Positions 20,020-30,502 of a DNA stretch of 64,000 nucleotides are shown piece by piece. How positions within the stretch are numbered: position 1 is the first letter of the stretch; each line of letters begins with the position of its first letter. The position numbers and the translations under genes are program-made. A model generated the notes under the pieces. It was given only the letters and a program-made list of their open reading frames with translations. It was not told where the DNA came from and searched no databases. This DNA comes from Candidatus Poribacteria bacterium (lineage in GTDB: Bacteria > Poribacteria > WGA-4E > WGA-3G), in the NCBI GenBank assembly GCA_963663765.2, contig CAXXUA010000004.1, positions 480,001-544,000 of the forward strand, written 5' to 3'.

Positions 20020-22164
20020 GTGAAAAGTTCAACAGGAAAAGCCGTTTGTCCTTATTGTGGCGTCGGTTGTGTTATCCGCGCGAAAGTTCAAGAAAACAAG
20101 ATCACGAGGATTTCAGCAGACGACGATGTAGCACCAAATTTCGGTATGCTTTGCCCAAAAGGCGCCCATCTCAAACAAGTATTTCAAAATCACGATGGTA
20201 GACTTGCTTATCCGATGATTCGGGAGCGCAAGGGTGAAGCACCGCGTCAAGTTTCGTGGGAACAAGCCATCGCCTTTACAGCGAATCGTCTTCAGGAGAT
20301 TCGGTTAGAACACGGTAAGGATGCTCTTGCCTTATACGGGTCAGGACAATTGGACACCGAAACCTCATACACTTTCAATAAGTTATTCAAAGGATTTCTG
20401 CGAACGAATAATATCGACACGAATAGTCGACTCTGCATGTCTTCTGCAGTTGTTGGTTATAATCAAGCGTTCGGTTCAGATGGACCACCGACCTGCTATG
20501 ATGATATCCAGCATGCGGATGTATTTCTAATCATCGGGGCGAACATGGCGGCAAACCATCCTGTTCTATTTCAAATGATTAGAAAACGACGGGCATCAGA
20601 ACCCAATGTGCGAATTATCGCAGTAGACCCGCGACGTACCCAGACAGCAGAATTTTCTGATGTACATGTCCCACTTGCACCGGGAAGCGATGTCGCTTTC
20701 CTGCAACTTATTGCAAAACGTCTGCTCGCAATGGGACGTGTTGATAAACGTTTTGTCCAAAGAAATACGGAAAACTTTAGCGCTTATAAAAATCATCTTG
20801 AAAGTCTTGACGAAGAAAAACTTCTCTCTATTTGTGATGTCCATCCAGGTCGTATTGACGAAATTGTCGAATTTTTATCAAAACCGAGCAATCGTCTACT
20901 TAGTTTTTACTGTCAAGGCACAAATCAAAGCACAAGCGGGGTTGATAAAAATGTTGCACTTATCAATCTTCATCTTCAGTTAGGTGAGGTAGGAATAAAG
21001 GGTGCCGGTCCCTTCTCATTGACAGGACAACCGAATGCTATGGGTGGTAGAGAGGTTGGATATCTGTCACATCAATTACCGGGCTATCGCGTTGTTACCA
21101 ATGATATGCACCGCGCTTATCTTGAAGGGGCGTGGAGAATTCCACCCGGAAGTATTGATCCTGAACCAGGATTAACGGCTGTGCCAATGTTTGAAGCTGC
21201 CGATGCAGGGGATGTCCGTGCACTCTGGATTGTATGTACAAATCCTGCTGTAAGTATGCCCGATACAAAGGTATCTCAATCGGGACTAAAACGTGCTGAC
21301 TTTGTAATCGTGCAGGATTGTTATTATCCGACAGAAACAGCGGAATATGCTGATGTGCTACTTCCCGCTGCGCAGTGGGGTGAAAAACGTGGCACAATGA
21401 CAAATAGTGAACGTCTGGTTGTCCGAAGCGATAAATTTCTGGATCCGCCTGGAGAAGCGAGACCCGATTGGTGGATATTCTCACAAATTGCCAAGGTGAT
21501 GGGATTCAAACGTGATTTTGATTTTCACAACCACGAGGAAATTTGGGACGAATATCGTTTGTTGACCGCAGGAACACCGTGTGACCAGATAGGGATGACG
21601 AATGAACGGCTTGAAAAAACGTCACTCCGATGGCCTTGTCCTAACCCGCGACACCCTGGAACGCTTCGTCGTTATACACGCAGAAAATTTTACACACCAT
21701 CTGGAAAGGCACAATTTAAAACGCCTGTCTATCAACCACCCAATGAAATAACAGATGAAGAATTTCCATTCGGTTTGACAACTGGGCGCGTTGCGAGTCA
21801 ATGGCATACACGAACCCGTACTGGCAAAGTGCCACAATTGACACGAAAAGACCCTGAACCTTTCGTTGAAATTCATCCTGACGATGCAGCGGAAAATAAG
21901 GTTGAAGACGGAGATTGGATTTATCTTGTTGGACGACGTGGGAGATGTTATGCGCGTGCACGCGTTACAGATACTATTCGGCGCGGATTGTTGTTCACAC
22001 CGTTCCATTGGGGCGATCTTTTTCACGCGGAGACGAATGCGAATTATGTAACAAATTCGGCGTTTGATCCGGTGTCTAAGCAACCGGAGTTAAAATACTG
22101 TGCTGTGCGGATTGAAACTGCAGGACAGCACGAAGATGCCGCACCTATAACACAGATTTCCTGA
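20020..22164 (+). CDS. narB: Assimilatory nitrate reductase, molybdopterin, NarB/NasA type
   Basis: CPYCGVGC...LCPKG, NSRLCMSS, SLTGQPNAMGGRE, DPVSKQPELK; no C-terminal BFD domain. Confidence 0.9.
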   Translation: MKSSTGKAVCPYCGVGCVIRAKVQENKITRISADDDVAPNFGMLCPKGAHLKQVFQNHDGRLAYPMIRERKGEAPRQVSWEQAIAFTANRLQEIRLEHGKDALALYGSGQLDTETSYTFNKLFKGFLRTNNIDTNSRLCMSSAVVGYNQAFGSDGPPTCYDDIQHADVFLIIGANMAANHPVLFQMIRKRRASEPNVRIIAVDPRRTQTAEFSDVHVPLAPGSDVAFLQLIAKRLLAMGRVDKRFVQRNTENFSAYKNHLESLDEEKLLSICDVHPGRIDEIVEFLSKPSNRLLSFYCQGTNQSTSGVDKNVALINLHLQLGEVGIKGAGPFSLTGQPNAMGGREVGYLSHQLPGYRVVTNDMHRAYLEGAWRIPPGSIDPEPGLTAVPMFEAADAGDVRALWIVCTNPAVSMPDTKVSQSGLKRADFVIVQDCYYPTETAEYADVLLPAAQWGEKRGTMTNSERLVVRSDKFLDPPGEARPDWWIFSQIAKVMGFKRDFDFHNHEEIWDEYRLLTAGTPCDQIGMTNERLEKTSLRWPCPNPRHPGTLRRYTRRKFYTPSGKAQFKTPVYQPPNEITDEEFPFGLTTGRVASQWHTRTRTGKVPQLTRKDPEPFVEIHPDDAAENKVEDGDWIYLVGRRGRCYARARVTDTIRRGLLFTPFHWGDLFHAETNANYVTNSAFDPVSKQPELKYCAVRIETAGQHEDAAPITQIS

Positions 22165-22178
22165 ATCAAAAAAGAGAA

Positions 22179-22200
22179 GGGCAGGTAGGAATGCCTGCCC
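22179..22200. terminator. Terminator hairpin between convergent narB and VIT genes
   Basis: GGGCAGGTA-GGAA-TGCCTGCCC preceded by an A-run (T-run on the minus strand). Confidence 0.65.
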
Positions 22201-22244
22201 ATAACATTCACCGGACACGAACGCCGGTTTCGAAAATCTAAAAG

Positions 22245-24341
22245 TTACACTTTGGGTGGTGTAATCTCATAGTTTACACTTTTATTGCAGATAATCATGG
22301 AGTGGGCACCTTTAGCAAGTTTAGAGTATTTTGCCAAGTCTGGCAGATGGTTCATCAACTCGTAAAAGTCTTTGCTATCAAACTCAACCTGTTTCCGTTC
22401 GGATTTCCCATCATATTCGCTATCTACCCACATGCTGCCGTGGCGATGGAACGTCTTACGACCAACGTGTTTCGTGTCAGCATACTGTCTCTTGGACCGA
22501 AGGATTTTCCGTTCTTCTAATTCCCGGTTGTCTCTAATCCTCTCGTGGATAGGTATCGCTTCCGTGTAGGCATCTGAAATCCGTGAATCATCATACACTT
22601 TTCGTAGTGAACCATCGTCTGCATCAACAAATGATGTGTAAGGTGTGGGTACCCCGTATTTCTTACTAAGGCGTTTAATCTCATTATAAAGTTCGTCGCT
22701 TCCATCACCCAGTGCAGCTTGGTCCACCAGTTCCGCTATTCTACCTTGCGCCCAGAGGTGCGGCAAATAATCGTGGTCCGGTTCAAGCTTAGAGAAGTGA
22801 ACGTTTTTGGAGAATTCATACCCTCCGCTGCCGATGATCCCGCTAAGTTTGAGGACAGTGTCGCCGTGGTCTTCATAGCGTCCGAGGATTGTTAACTGCT
22901 CCTCACGGAACAGGTCTGGCAGGTTTTTTGGGGTTAATTCTTTCGTAATAATCCGTCCGAAATTAATTCCAACATCCACCAGTACTGGTTCATTCATTTT
23001 TCTGAAGAGAGAGGACACAGCATCTTCAATGTTTTCGTTTGGCGTTACATAGTTACGTGTACCACCGTTATCTGCCGCCATTTTGTCAAGTAAATGGTCA
23101 TTCACATCGTACCCAACACCAAATACGAAAATGCGAGATTGATTTTTATTTGCCTTCGCGACATTTTCAAGGATTCTCGCTGCGTTCGTTACACCCACAG
23201 TTGGTCGTCCATCCGTAAGGAATACGATGATCCTTGGACGGTTTGGATCCGGGTTCTCCGCTAACGCAGTACGAAGTGCATCATTAATGTTTGTCATACC
23301 GCGTCCTTCAATATCGTTAATGAACGCGAAGGCTTTTTCACGACCATTTATCACATCAATGAGCTTGTCGGACAAAACTGTGGAGTCGGGCCAACGTTCG
23401 CCACCAAACCATTCTTCGCCTCTGTTCAACCTATCAGTTAAGGAAGTCATATCTTCGTTGAACAGGATAAGATTGAACCGATCACCTTCGTTCAGATTCT
23501 GGACACAATAGCGGAGTGCTTCTTTCACTTGTGTGACTTTTCGACCCGCCATGCTGCCAGAATGGTCTAAGACGAAGATGAAATCCTTCTCAACAATTTC
23601 TGTCTGTTTCACCTCGTACTTAGGCGAAACGAGCAGCATAAAGATTCCATCTTCTTTCTCATCGGTGCGATGGGTGAGTAAGGTAATCCCAAAATTTTCG
23701 TCCGAAACCGAATAATAACAGAGAAAATCGTCGTCTGGATCTACATCCGTGGCTTCATAACTGACCCGTACGTGGTGATCGTCCTTGCGGTCGATGGTGA
23801 CCTCGTGTGAGGGTGAATGCATCATCCTGAGCGCGTCATCACTTTTAATCTCCATTTCAATATGGAGATTTCCGATCGGGGCAGATGCCGATTTCGCGAG
23901 CGATAAAGGATAGGTATATTTTGCATGATCGCTATCCATGGAAATAATCTGAGAATATTCAAATTGAACACGTCGTTCACCGTATGCTGGAATTCCAGGT
24001 ACCTTTGCTACAAACGCCTGCATTCCGATATGCTCCAGAATAGCCTTGTTATCACCGTAGCGGGCACTGTCCCAATAAATCCGGTGGGATTCTTCTTGAG
24101 AGAGGAGTTTTCCGCTTACCAATTCTCCATCAATGGAGAGTGCAAGTTTTGAGATGACTGCATCATCTGGCACAGGGAAGATATACATACCGTTTACTTC
24201 ACAGCTGTTCGGATTGACGAAAACCTGGTCTATCTTCGTTGTCGTGAGTTGGTTTTTAATGCCGATCTTGATGAGGTGGCGATCAATTTTTAAGGGGATC
24301 GCACGACCCCCTGCATGTTGAAGAGAAACTATAGTTAACAT
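22245..24341 (-). CDS. VIT plus vWA domain protein (inter-alpha-trypsin-inhibitor-like)
   Basis: VIT N-terminus (QVFVNP...YIFPVP), MIDAS LDHSGSM, FLTDG, FGVGYDVN, HLWAQ, TPYTS. ATG 24341 has RBS AAGGAG. Confidence 0.88.
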   Translation of the reverse strand: MLTIVSLQHAGGRAIPLKIDRHLIKIGIKNQLTTTKIDQVFVNPNSCEVNGMYIFPVPDDAVISKLALSIDGELVSGKLLSQEESHRIYWDSARYGDNKAILEHIGMQAFVAKVPGIPAYGERRVQFEYSQIISMDSDHAKYTYPLSLAKSASAPIGNLHIEMEIKSDDALRMMHSPSHEVTIDRKDDHHVRVSYEATDVDPDDDFLCYYSVSDENFGITLLTHRTDEKEDGIFMLLVSPKYEVKQTEIVEKDFIFVLDHSGSMAGRKVTQVKEALRYCVQNLNEGDRFNLILFNEDMTSLTDRLNRGEEWFGGERWPDSTVLSDKLIDVINGREKAFAFINDIEGRGMTNINDALRTALAENPDPNRPRIIVFLTDGRPTVGVTNAARILENVAKANKNQSRIFVFGVGYDVNDHLLDKMAADNGGTRNYVTPNENIEDAVSSLFRKMNEPVLVDVGINFGRIITKELTPKNLPDLFREEQLTILGRYEDHGDTVLKLSGIIGSGGYEFSKNVHFSKLEPDHDYLPHLWAQGRIAELVDQAALGDGSDELYNEIKRLSKKYGVPTPYTSFVDADDGSLRKVYDDSRISDAYTEAIPIHERIRDNRELEERKILRSKRQYADTKHVGRKTFHRHGSMWVDSEYDGKSERKQVEFDSKDFYELMNHLPDLAKYSKLAKGAHSMIICNKSVNYEITPPKV

Positions 24342-24389
24342 TGTTCGCTCCTTTTGTTTATCATTAAATCTATTATTATAGTATATATA

Positions 24390-24470
24390 CATATAATATA
24401 TTACTATATGTAGTATACTACATGACGTGTTTGAAAGTCAAATCTATTTTTTAATGTGTAAATATTTTAG
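24390..24470 (-). promoter_or_regulatory. AT-rich promoter block, copy A
   Basis: Minus strand TTGACT...TATACT; near-identical block at about 28510-28594. Confidence 0.5.
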
Positions 24471-24502
24471 TCGTTGTAGTTGGATCATGATCGCCTATAA
24501 TC

Positions 24503-24763
24503 TCAATAGTAGCTTGATTTTTCAGTCAAAAGTTGTTCGATGGTGGTACCAAAAACTTTGGCTATCAGGTAGCATCTCCAAACCGAAGGTGAATCTTTTC
24601 CTTTCTCAAAACGGGAAACCATCATTTGCGATGTACCGATCTCCTTAGCAAGTTCGGCTTGGGTCATCTTTCGGATAACGCGTTCCCTTCGGATGTTTTC
24701 GCCGAGCGTTTCTCGAATGTGTTGCGGAATGCCGGATCTACCTTTTCTCATGAGATTCTCCAA
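24503..24763 (-). CDS. XRE-family HTH transcriptional regulator, copy A
   Basis: LGENIRRER...MTQAELAKEIG...VSRFEKG; paralog at 30144-30404 differs at 2 aa. Confidence 0.85.
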   Translation of the reverse strand: MENLMRKGRSGIPQHIRETLGENIRRERVIRKMTQAELAKEIGTSQMMVSRFEKGKDSPSVWRCYLIAKVFGTTIEQLLTEKSSYY

Positions 24764-24845
24764 TATTGATCTATATAATAAATTATTTGTAAAACTAATA
24801 ATTTATTATACTGTATTTCCTGCCTTAAGTCAATTTATTTTATTG

Positions 24846-25457
24846 TTAATCGGATGGAAGTCTGTCTGTGACCGGTTCTTGCACCATAGGAATAACGTAA
24901 CTCCGAATCATCAACCCATCTATCGTCTCTGTCTCTGTGCGCGGTTCTGGCGGCTCGCGATGATCGAATACTACGTAGTAACCCGCCGCTACACATTCTG
25001 TTGATAGATACGCGGAGAGTTGTTTCTTCCCTACGGCATAGTGCCGGGCACTTCGCCATATCTTTGTTTCAATGACATATTTTCTCTGATTGTGAAAAAT
25101 AATCAGATCCATTCTGCCGCGCCCTGTTGGAACTTCCATATACATTACCCCGTTCACGCTGGTAACGAACTAGCCCAGATAAGCAAAGAGCAAGTGCTGT
25201 CCGATGAATTCTTGAGGGGTTTCGGGGACTTGTAGAATCCTGAATCCAACGCGGGCAATAAAGTCTCGGAAGTTATCCAAAAGCCGCTCCATCTGTATCT
25301 GTCCGAAGTCGGTTAGGTACTCAAACCTATCGGTATCTTCGGGGAAGTAGTCACGCTCCAATCCGTTGACTAATGGTTTGAATGCTTGGATAATACGGTA
25401 TAGGTAAATCGGGTTGACAATCTCACACTTTCTGTCAACCCCTTTCGTGATGACCCC
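24846..25457 (-). pseudogene. 3' remnant of an AAA-ATPase/PD-(D/E)XK nuclease gene, copy A
   Basis: In-frame fragments split by TAG at 25170-25172; MEVPTGRGRMDL...VIETKIW nuclease motif; 5' part removed at the ISAs1 end. Confidence 0.75.
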
Positions 25458-26793
25458 CAGAGGCATTCAATTGTCGATGTTTGCTCCTAAGAGTGCAAGT
25501 GCTTCTTTAGGTCTTGCTGCAAAATAGCGGAACGCATAAGCTATTTTAGTGTTTTGCGAAGTGCGCAACAGAGTAAGGGTCGCATTCCGTAATGCACACA
25601 TCACTTGAGGTATGTTGCCATCCCGCACTTGAGACGCATCCTCATCAAATAACACATCCCGCGTGCGATGCGACAGGTTCTCTATCGCCCAATGTCCACG
25701 ACGGATCATCAAAATCCGTTCTGCTGAGCCACACTCGGGTGTCAAACTTGTTATGCCATATTGTGTCATACTGGTCTTTTTCCCGGATCGGGTATGTTCT
25801 CGTTCTGTCTTGTATTGATACACTTGTGCAAGCCCCGGCCACTCTTCATAACCTGAATCTATCATGATTGTACTGACAAGATTGTGCTGGTCGTCATCGT
25901 GCGCTGTTGGATCCAGCCATTTTCTTTTTCAATAGTGCTGCACGTATCTGTATGTGCGCCGATATCCTTATGTAAGCATTCATAAGTGTTTTCGTGAGGG
26001 GACAAGATGCCAGGTTCAAAGACGGTGCGAATACCTTCTAAAAGTTTAGGTTGGTTCTCTTTGACAGGCATGACATAATCCGCATCCGCATCACATAAAT
26101 CTTGACAGAACTTGCGTTGTGTCAGAAGCGCATCTGTTGTCACCACCTTTCCTGCGACATCAAACGCTTCAAGGATGCGTGAAGCAATAGGGATTTCATT
26201 AGTTTTGTCAGACACGGGACGCTGTGTGAGGGTTATGCCGAGTTGATGCGTTACAACAGATAATAGGTGTGTGATTTGAGCATCTTGAGTGAGACTTCCA
26301 CATAAGATTTTGCCATCTATGGCGACTGCGTCCTTATCTTCTGTGTCAATAGTATCGAACACATCAGCTGCCAACTCGCTGAGTGTTTTTTCTAAAGCAC
26401 TGATGTCTAACTTTTTGAAACAATAATGGAGTGTTGAGGCACAGGGTGTCTTCTGATGGGTGAACCCAAGGGCTACAGCGAGTTCGGGCGGATAAGTGCG
26501 CCCCCATTCAGCGATGGCACTATAACTATGATATCCACACATCATAGCGACCACAGAAAGACCTAAAATAGCGGGTAGCGGATGTCGTTTTCCTCGTGGG
26601 TTGCGTTTATCAGGAACTTCTGCTAACATATCAAGTAGATGGCGAGATTCTTTTTTCGTCATTTTTACCTCCAAAGCATAAATGCTTATATATATTTTGA
26701 GGTAAAGTATATCAGAAATAGCGTGAGAAGTCACGCTATTTCTGATATATACAGACATACGCCCAAACTAATATCGACAATTGAATGCCTCTG
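25458..26793 (-). mobile_element. ISAs1-family insertion sequence (no target duplication)
   Basis: Terminal inverted repeats CAGAGGCATTCAATTGTCGAT / ATCGACAATTGAATGCCTCTG; transposase inside. Confidence 0.88.
25467..26662 (-). pseudogene. ISAs1 transposase, frameshifted near 25865
   Basis: VPDKRNPRGKRHPL, AIDGK, KTNEIP, TTDALLTQ, VKENQP in one frame; RGHWAIEN...RDVLFDED in the next frame. Confidence 0.8.
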
Positions 26794-27144
26794 GATTCCA
26801 GACACTTCTGCAACAAACGCACGTGTCCTGATATGTTCAAGGATTGCTGTATTATTACTCAAACGAGCACTTAATCTATAAATCTCATGCGATTCCTCAT
26901 GAGAATACAATTTACCTTCTACCGGCTTTCCATCAATAGAAAGTGTAAAGTTAGAATGCTCTGTATCGTCTGGGACAGGGAAGATATAAGCACCTTCTAT
27001 TGTAAAAATGTTCGGATTGATAAAAACTTGGTTAATTTTTGTAGTTGTCAGTTGATTATTGACTGTGATATTGATATGGTACCGATCAATTTTAAACCGG
27101 ATTGCGCGACCATTGCTCTGTTCAATGTTTAATATAGTCAGCAT
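26794..27144 (-). pseudogene. 5' fragment of a second VIT-vWA gene truncated by ISAs1
   Basis: MLTILNIEQSNGRAIRFKIDR...YIFPVPD aligns with the N-terminus of 24341-22245; similarity stops at the IS end. Confidence 0.8.
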
Positions 27145-27875
27145 GTTTTTCTCCTTTCTGTAGCGGCATTGATAAAGGCTTCAAATAATTTTATTGCATG
27201 TTTAAGAAACCCTCCATTAGGGTACGGAGAGGTATATTTATTTCCCATTCGTTCAGGATGGTATTGTACAGCAATAACAAACGGCTTTGCTGGATATTCT
27301 ATTGCTTCAATGATTCCATCTTCTGATTGAGCAGTTACAATAAGACCTTCGCCGATAGTTTTCACAGCTTGATGATGGGCTGAATTGACTTCTGTGAAGC
27401 TATCATCAGTAAATTGGTTAAGCAGGCTACCTGGTTGAATCTTAATATTATGCCAAGCATCATATTTACTTTGCTCATCTTTATGAAGTAAACAGTTATT
27501 AAGTTGCGTGTGAATATCTTGGTAGAGGCTGCCACCCGTTGCAACATTCAGTATCTGAATCCCGCGGCATATACCAAAGACAGGTATATCGACTTCTAAT
27601 GCCTTCAGACATAATTGTAACTCTGATGTATCGCGCGACCTGCTAACGCCTTTGATCTTGCTAATACCCTTAACATGGTACCGAGATTCATTATAACGGC
27701 GCGGATCAATATCACCTCCGCCAGGAAGTAAAAGTCCATCAAGATCAGCAACAATTTTTTCTGCAGCTCTATTGTCACGGATAAATAATTCTTTAACTCT
27801 TCCTCCATGTTTCTCAATCGCATATACATAATTTTCAGAGTTATAGCATTCTGTAATTCCAATTATGGGTTCCAT
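27138..27875 (-). CDS. Gamma-glutamyl-gamma-aminobutyrate hydrolase family (peptidase C26)
   Basis: GLLLPGGGDIDP, GICRGIQ, VNSAHHQAV, VQYHPE. Confidence 0.9.
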   Translation of the reverse strand: MEPIIGITECYNSENYVYAIEKHGGRVKELFIRDNRAAEKIVADLDGLLLPGGGDIDPRRYNESRYHVKGISKIKGVSRSRDTSELQLCLKALEVDIPVFGICRGIQILNVATGGSLYQDIHTQLNNCLLHKDEQSKYDAWHNIKIQPGSLLNQFTDDSFTEVNSAHHQAVKTIGEGLIVTAQSEDGIIEAIEYPAKPFVIAVQYHPERMGNKYTSPYPNGGFLKHAIKLFEAFINAATERRKTC

Positions 27876-27925
27876 TTTGATTTTCTCCTTTTTATAGTTT
27901 TGAACAATTAGTTACTAAAAGTTCT

Positions 27926-28216
27926 TTATTTTAGCAGTGTTGCGCGGTTAATCATTCTTTGTAGATATGGTATGATTCGGTCATTCGTGGTTTCTTGATT
28001 AGATACTGGACAAATATGGATAAGTGTTTCACCATCTACTAAGTAAAAATCTTGAGCCACCAATACAATATTGCCATTCCTAAATCCAACAGCTTCGTCA
28101 AAAATGACAATTTTCCAGTTTTCATGCGTTGGATCATCCTCGTAGAGATTGCGATATTGGATGAGGTTTATAGAGATATTTCGGTCACGGAGAACTGAGA
28201 CATTTAGGTTTTTCAT
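27926..28216 (-). CDS. Hypothetical protein
   Basis: 96-aa ORF with RBS AAGGAGGA; co-oriented with C26. Confidence 0.55.
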   Translation of the reverse strand: MKNLNVSVLRDRNISINLIQYRNLYEDDPTHENWKIVIFDEAVGFRNGNIVLVAQDFYLVDGETLIHICPVSNQETTNDRIIPYLQRMINRATLLK

Positions 28217-28276
28217 TTTAGATGTCCTCCTTCGGCGTGCTATGTTATAGAAAATGGACTATCCGCATTCTTGCAC

Positions 28277-28374
28277 TCCAGCGGTGTGCTATGTGCGGTT
28301 CCCACGTCCCCGCTCCGCTGGAGCGGGGACGTGGACTGACAATGTGACTATAACCATATTGCTCCGCTGGAGCA
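28277..28374. repeat. REP-like hairpins with a GCTCC-GCT-GGAGC core
   Basis: CCACGTCCCCGCTCC-GCT-GGAGCGGGGACGTGG and TTGCTCC-GCT-GGAGCAA. Confidence 0.55.
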
Positions 28375-28509
28375 AAGAAAATTTCTGTTTTGGTCGTTGT
28401 GTCTTGATTTGGTAACATAAACGGTGAACCAATTTCTTATCAACACATGTTTGAAAAAAAATTGTCCAAACTATGGTTATATTTATCATTTAAAATTATA
28501 TTATAATAC

Positions 28510-28594
28510 ATAATATAATAATATATTACTATAAGTAGTGTACTGCCTAAAACTTTTAAAGTCAAATTTATTTTTGAATGTGTAAATATTTTAG
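28510..28594 (-). promoter_or_regulatory. AT-rich promoter block, copy B
   Basis: Shares ATATATTACTAT...AAAGTCAAAT...AATGTGTAAATATTTTAG with 24390-24470. Confidence 0.5.
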
Positions 28595-28639
28595 ACCTCT
28601 CAGCCGGACAGGGTGTAGACTTCTGATAAAAAATGTGGC

Positions 28640-29461
28640 TTATTTGTAATCAATCCGAAGCATCTTTTCAATCACTTCAAGGATATCCGGAGCATCGGTG
28701 AGATATCGATTTTTTGTTTGTTCAATGAGATCGCTAGGAATGCCGTGCAACGCTTCAGCAACAGGCCCAGCGATAGCAGCGAGTGTGTCGGAATCACCAC
28801 CAAGAGAGATAGCATTTCGCACTGCATCTTCGTAACTCACTGACTCCAGGGCACATGTTATTGCTTGTGGAACAGACCCCATGCAGGTCACGGGTCCAGG
28901 GAATCCGGGCGTAAATACTAGCGGGTACTCTGGTGGGTAATCGGAACGGATTTCGTCTACTGTCTGTGTCAAGTCATAACCGTATTCAGTAGCGATAATT
29001 TGGCGAATGTCTGCAGAGTTTTTGCCATGAAACGCGAGCCAGATAGTGTGTGTCGTTGCCCGCGCGCCTTTCATGCCTTCTGCGTGGTTGTGTGTGATCT
29101 CGGTGACCTTATCGGAAGCGGAGAGAGCAGCTTCCAGATCGTCACGGTTCAGGAACGCCGCTGGAGAAACACGCATCGCTGCACCGTTGCCGTAACTGTT
29201 GTAAGGCTCAGGTACATCGGAATCTCTCCATTTCCGAAACATTCCACCGTAGCCTCGACCATGATAGCGACGGCACCACGCCTGCATCGTCTCTGCTGGC
29301 GGAAGGTCATGCAGCAGAATATCCGCGACTGCGATTGTGCAGACAGTATCATCTGTGAAACGGCAATATTTACCGAAAAACGGAACATCCTTTGTCTTAA
29401 TTCGGTATCGTTTGTGTTCATACATGGAACCAGCAATGTCGCCTATGATTGCACCTAACAT
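28640..29461 (-). CDS. ADP-ribosylglycohydrolase family protein
   Basis: MLGAIIGDIAGS, FTDDT, SYGNGAAMRVSP, GGDSDTLAAI. Confidence 0.92.
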   Translation of the reverse strand: MLGAIIGDIAGSMYEHKRYRIKTKDVPFFGKYCRFTDDTVCTIAVADILLHDLPPAETMQAWCRRYHGRGYGGMFRKWRDSDVPEPYNSYGNGAAMRVSPAAFLNRDDLEAALSASDKVTEITHNHAEGMKGARATTHTIWLAFHGKNSADIRQIIATEYGYDLTQTVDEIRSDYPPEYPLVFTPGFPGPVTCMGSVPQAITCALESVSYEDAVRNAISLGGDSDTLAAIAGPVAEALHGIPSDLIEQTKNRYLTDAPDILEVIEKMLRIDYK

Positions 29462-29649
29462 GTTTGCTCCTTTTTCAGGGTGGTTCTAAAACTCTACACG
29501 TCTGCTGACGCACTCGTAGGATCGCAAGCACCGCTAAACTTAAGACTTTGTACCCCTATATCCACATAAGCACTAAAGTGTGTATCGTCATGATTTTCAG
29601 CAACATCAATTTGCGTGGATCCATATCCGATCTTTTCGAGAAAAAGAAA

Positions 29650-29972
29650 AATAATAATTTTCAACGCCTCGGGTGTGATAATCGTAGCACGCTTTAATCG
29701 GACTAACTTTTTTTCCCTTACTAAGGCTTGGATCTCATGATTTACTTGTTCTCCCCAGAGATTTACACTTGCATTTCTTCTGTTTTTGAGCTCTTTTGCT
29801 CACCTGATAAACAAAACTGATCTGCTAATTGGTTCTTGGCCTCTATATTTGAAATGGCACCGTTTGAATAGTCAAGATTAAGCAAGGCCTGTCTAATAAC
29901 ATTAAGGGTTGGAAGCTTGATTGTAGTTGTATTGCCAACTTCGTCAAAACCATCTATTTCGCGCAACTCCAT
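29650..29972 (-). pseudogene. Frameshifted remnant resembling an Mrr N-terminal winged-helix domain
   Basis: LPTLNVIRQALL...QLADQFCLSGEQKS continues in another frame as NLWGEQVNHEIQALVREKKLVRLKRATIITPEAL. Confidence 0.45.
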
Positions 29973-30143
29973 GATAAAAACCTCCCGATATATTTCAAAA
30001 CTATATGTGCTAAAATACTTATTTAGTATCTATAGTAATAATTATACATTAAAAAGAAATAAATTGCAAATATTTCTTTAAAACCGTTGAGATACCAATA
30101 CCTACAAGTACTCGTTGTAGTTGGATCATGATCGCCTATAATC

Positions 30144-30404
30144 TCAATAGTAGCTTGATTTTTCAGTCAAAAGTTGTTCGATGGTAGTACCAAAAACTTT
30201 GGCTATCAGGTAGCATCTCCAAACTGAAGGTGAATCTTTTCCTTTCTCAAAACGGGAAACCATCATTTGCGATGTACCGATCTCCTTTGCAAGTTCGGCT
30301 TGGGTCATCTTTCGGATAACGCGTTCCCTTCGGATGTTTTCGCCGAGTGATTCTCGGATGTGTTGCGGAATGCTGGATCTGCCTTTTCTCATGAGATTCT
30401 CCAA
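30144..30404 (-). CDS. XRE-family HTH transcriptional regulator, copy B
   Basis: 84/86 aa identical to 24503-24763. Confidence 0.85.
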   Translation of the reverse strand: MENLMRKGRSSIPQHIRESLGENIRRERVIRKMTQAELAKEIGTSQMMVSRFEKGKDSPSVWRCYLIAKVFGTTIEQLLTEKSSYY

Positions 30405-30502
30405 TATCGATCTATATAATAATTTATTAGCAAATATAATAATTTATTATATCATATTTACTGCCTTAAGTCAATTTTTTTGTTAATCGGATGGAAACCT
30501 GT

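Noticed and set aside
28289-28489. 66-aa ORF downstream of promoter block B
   Set aside because: It runs through REP-like hairpins and has no RBS or recognisable motif.
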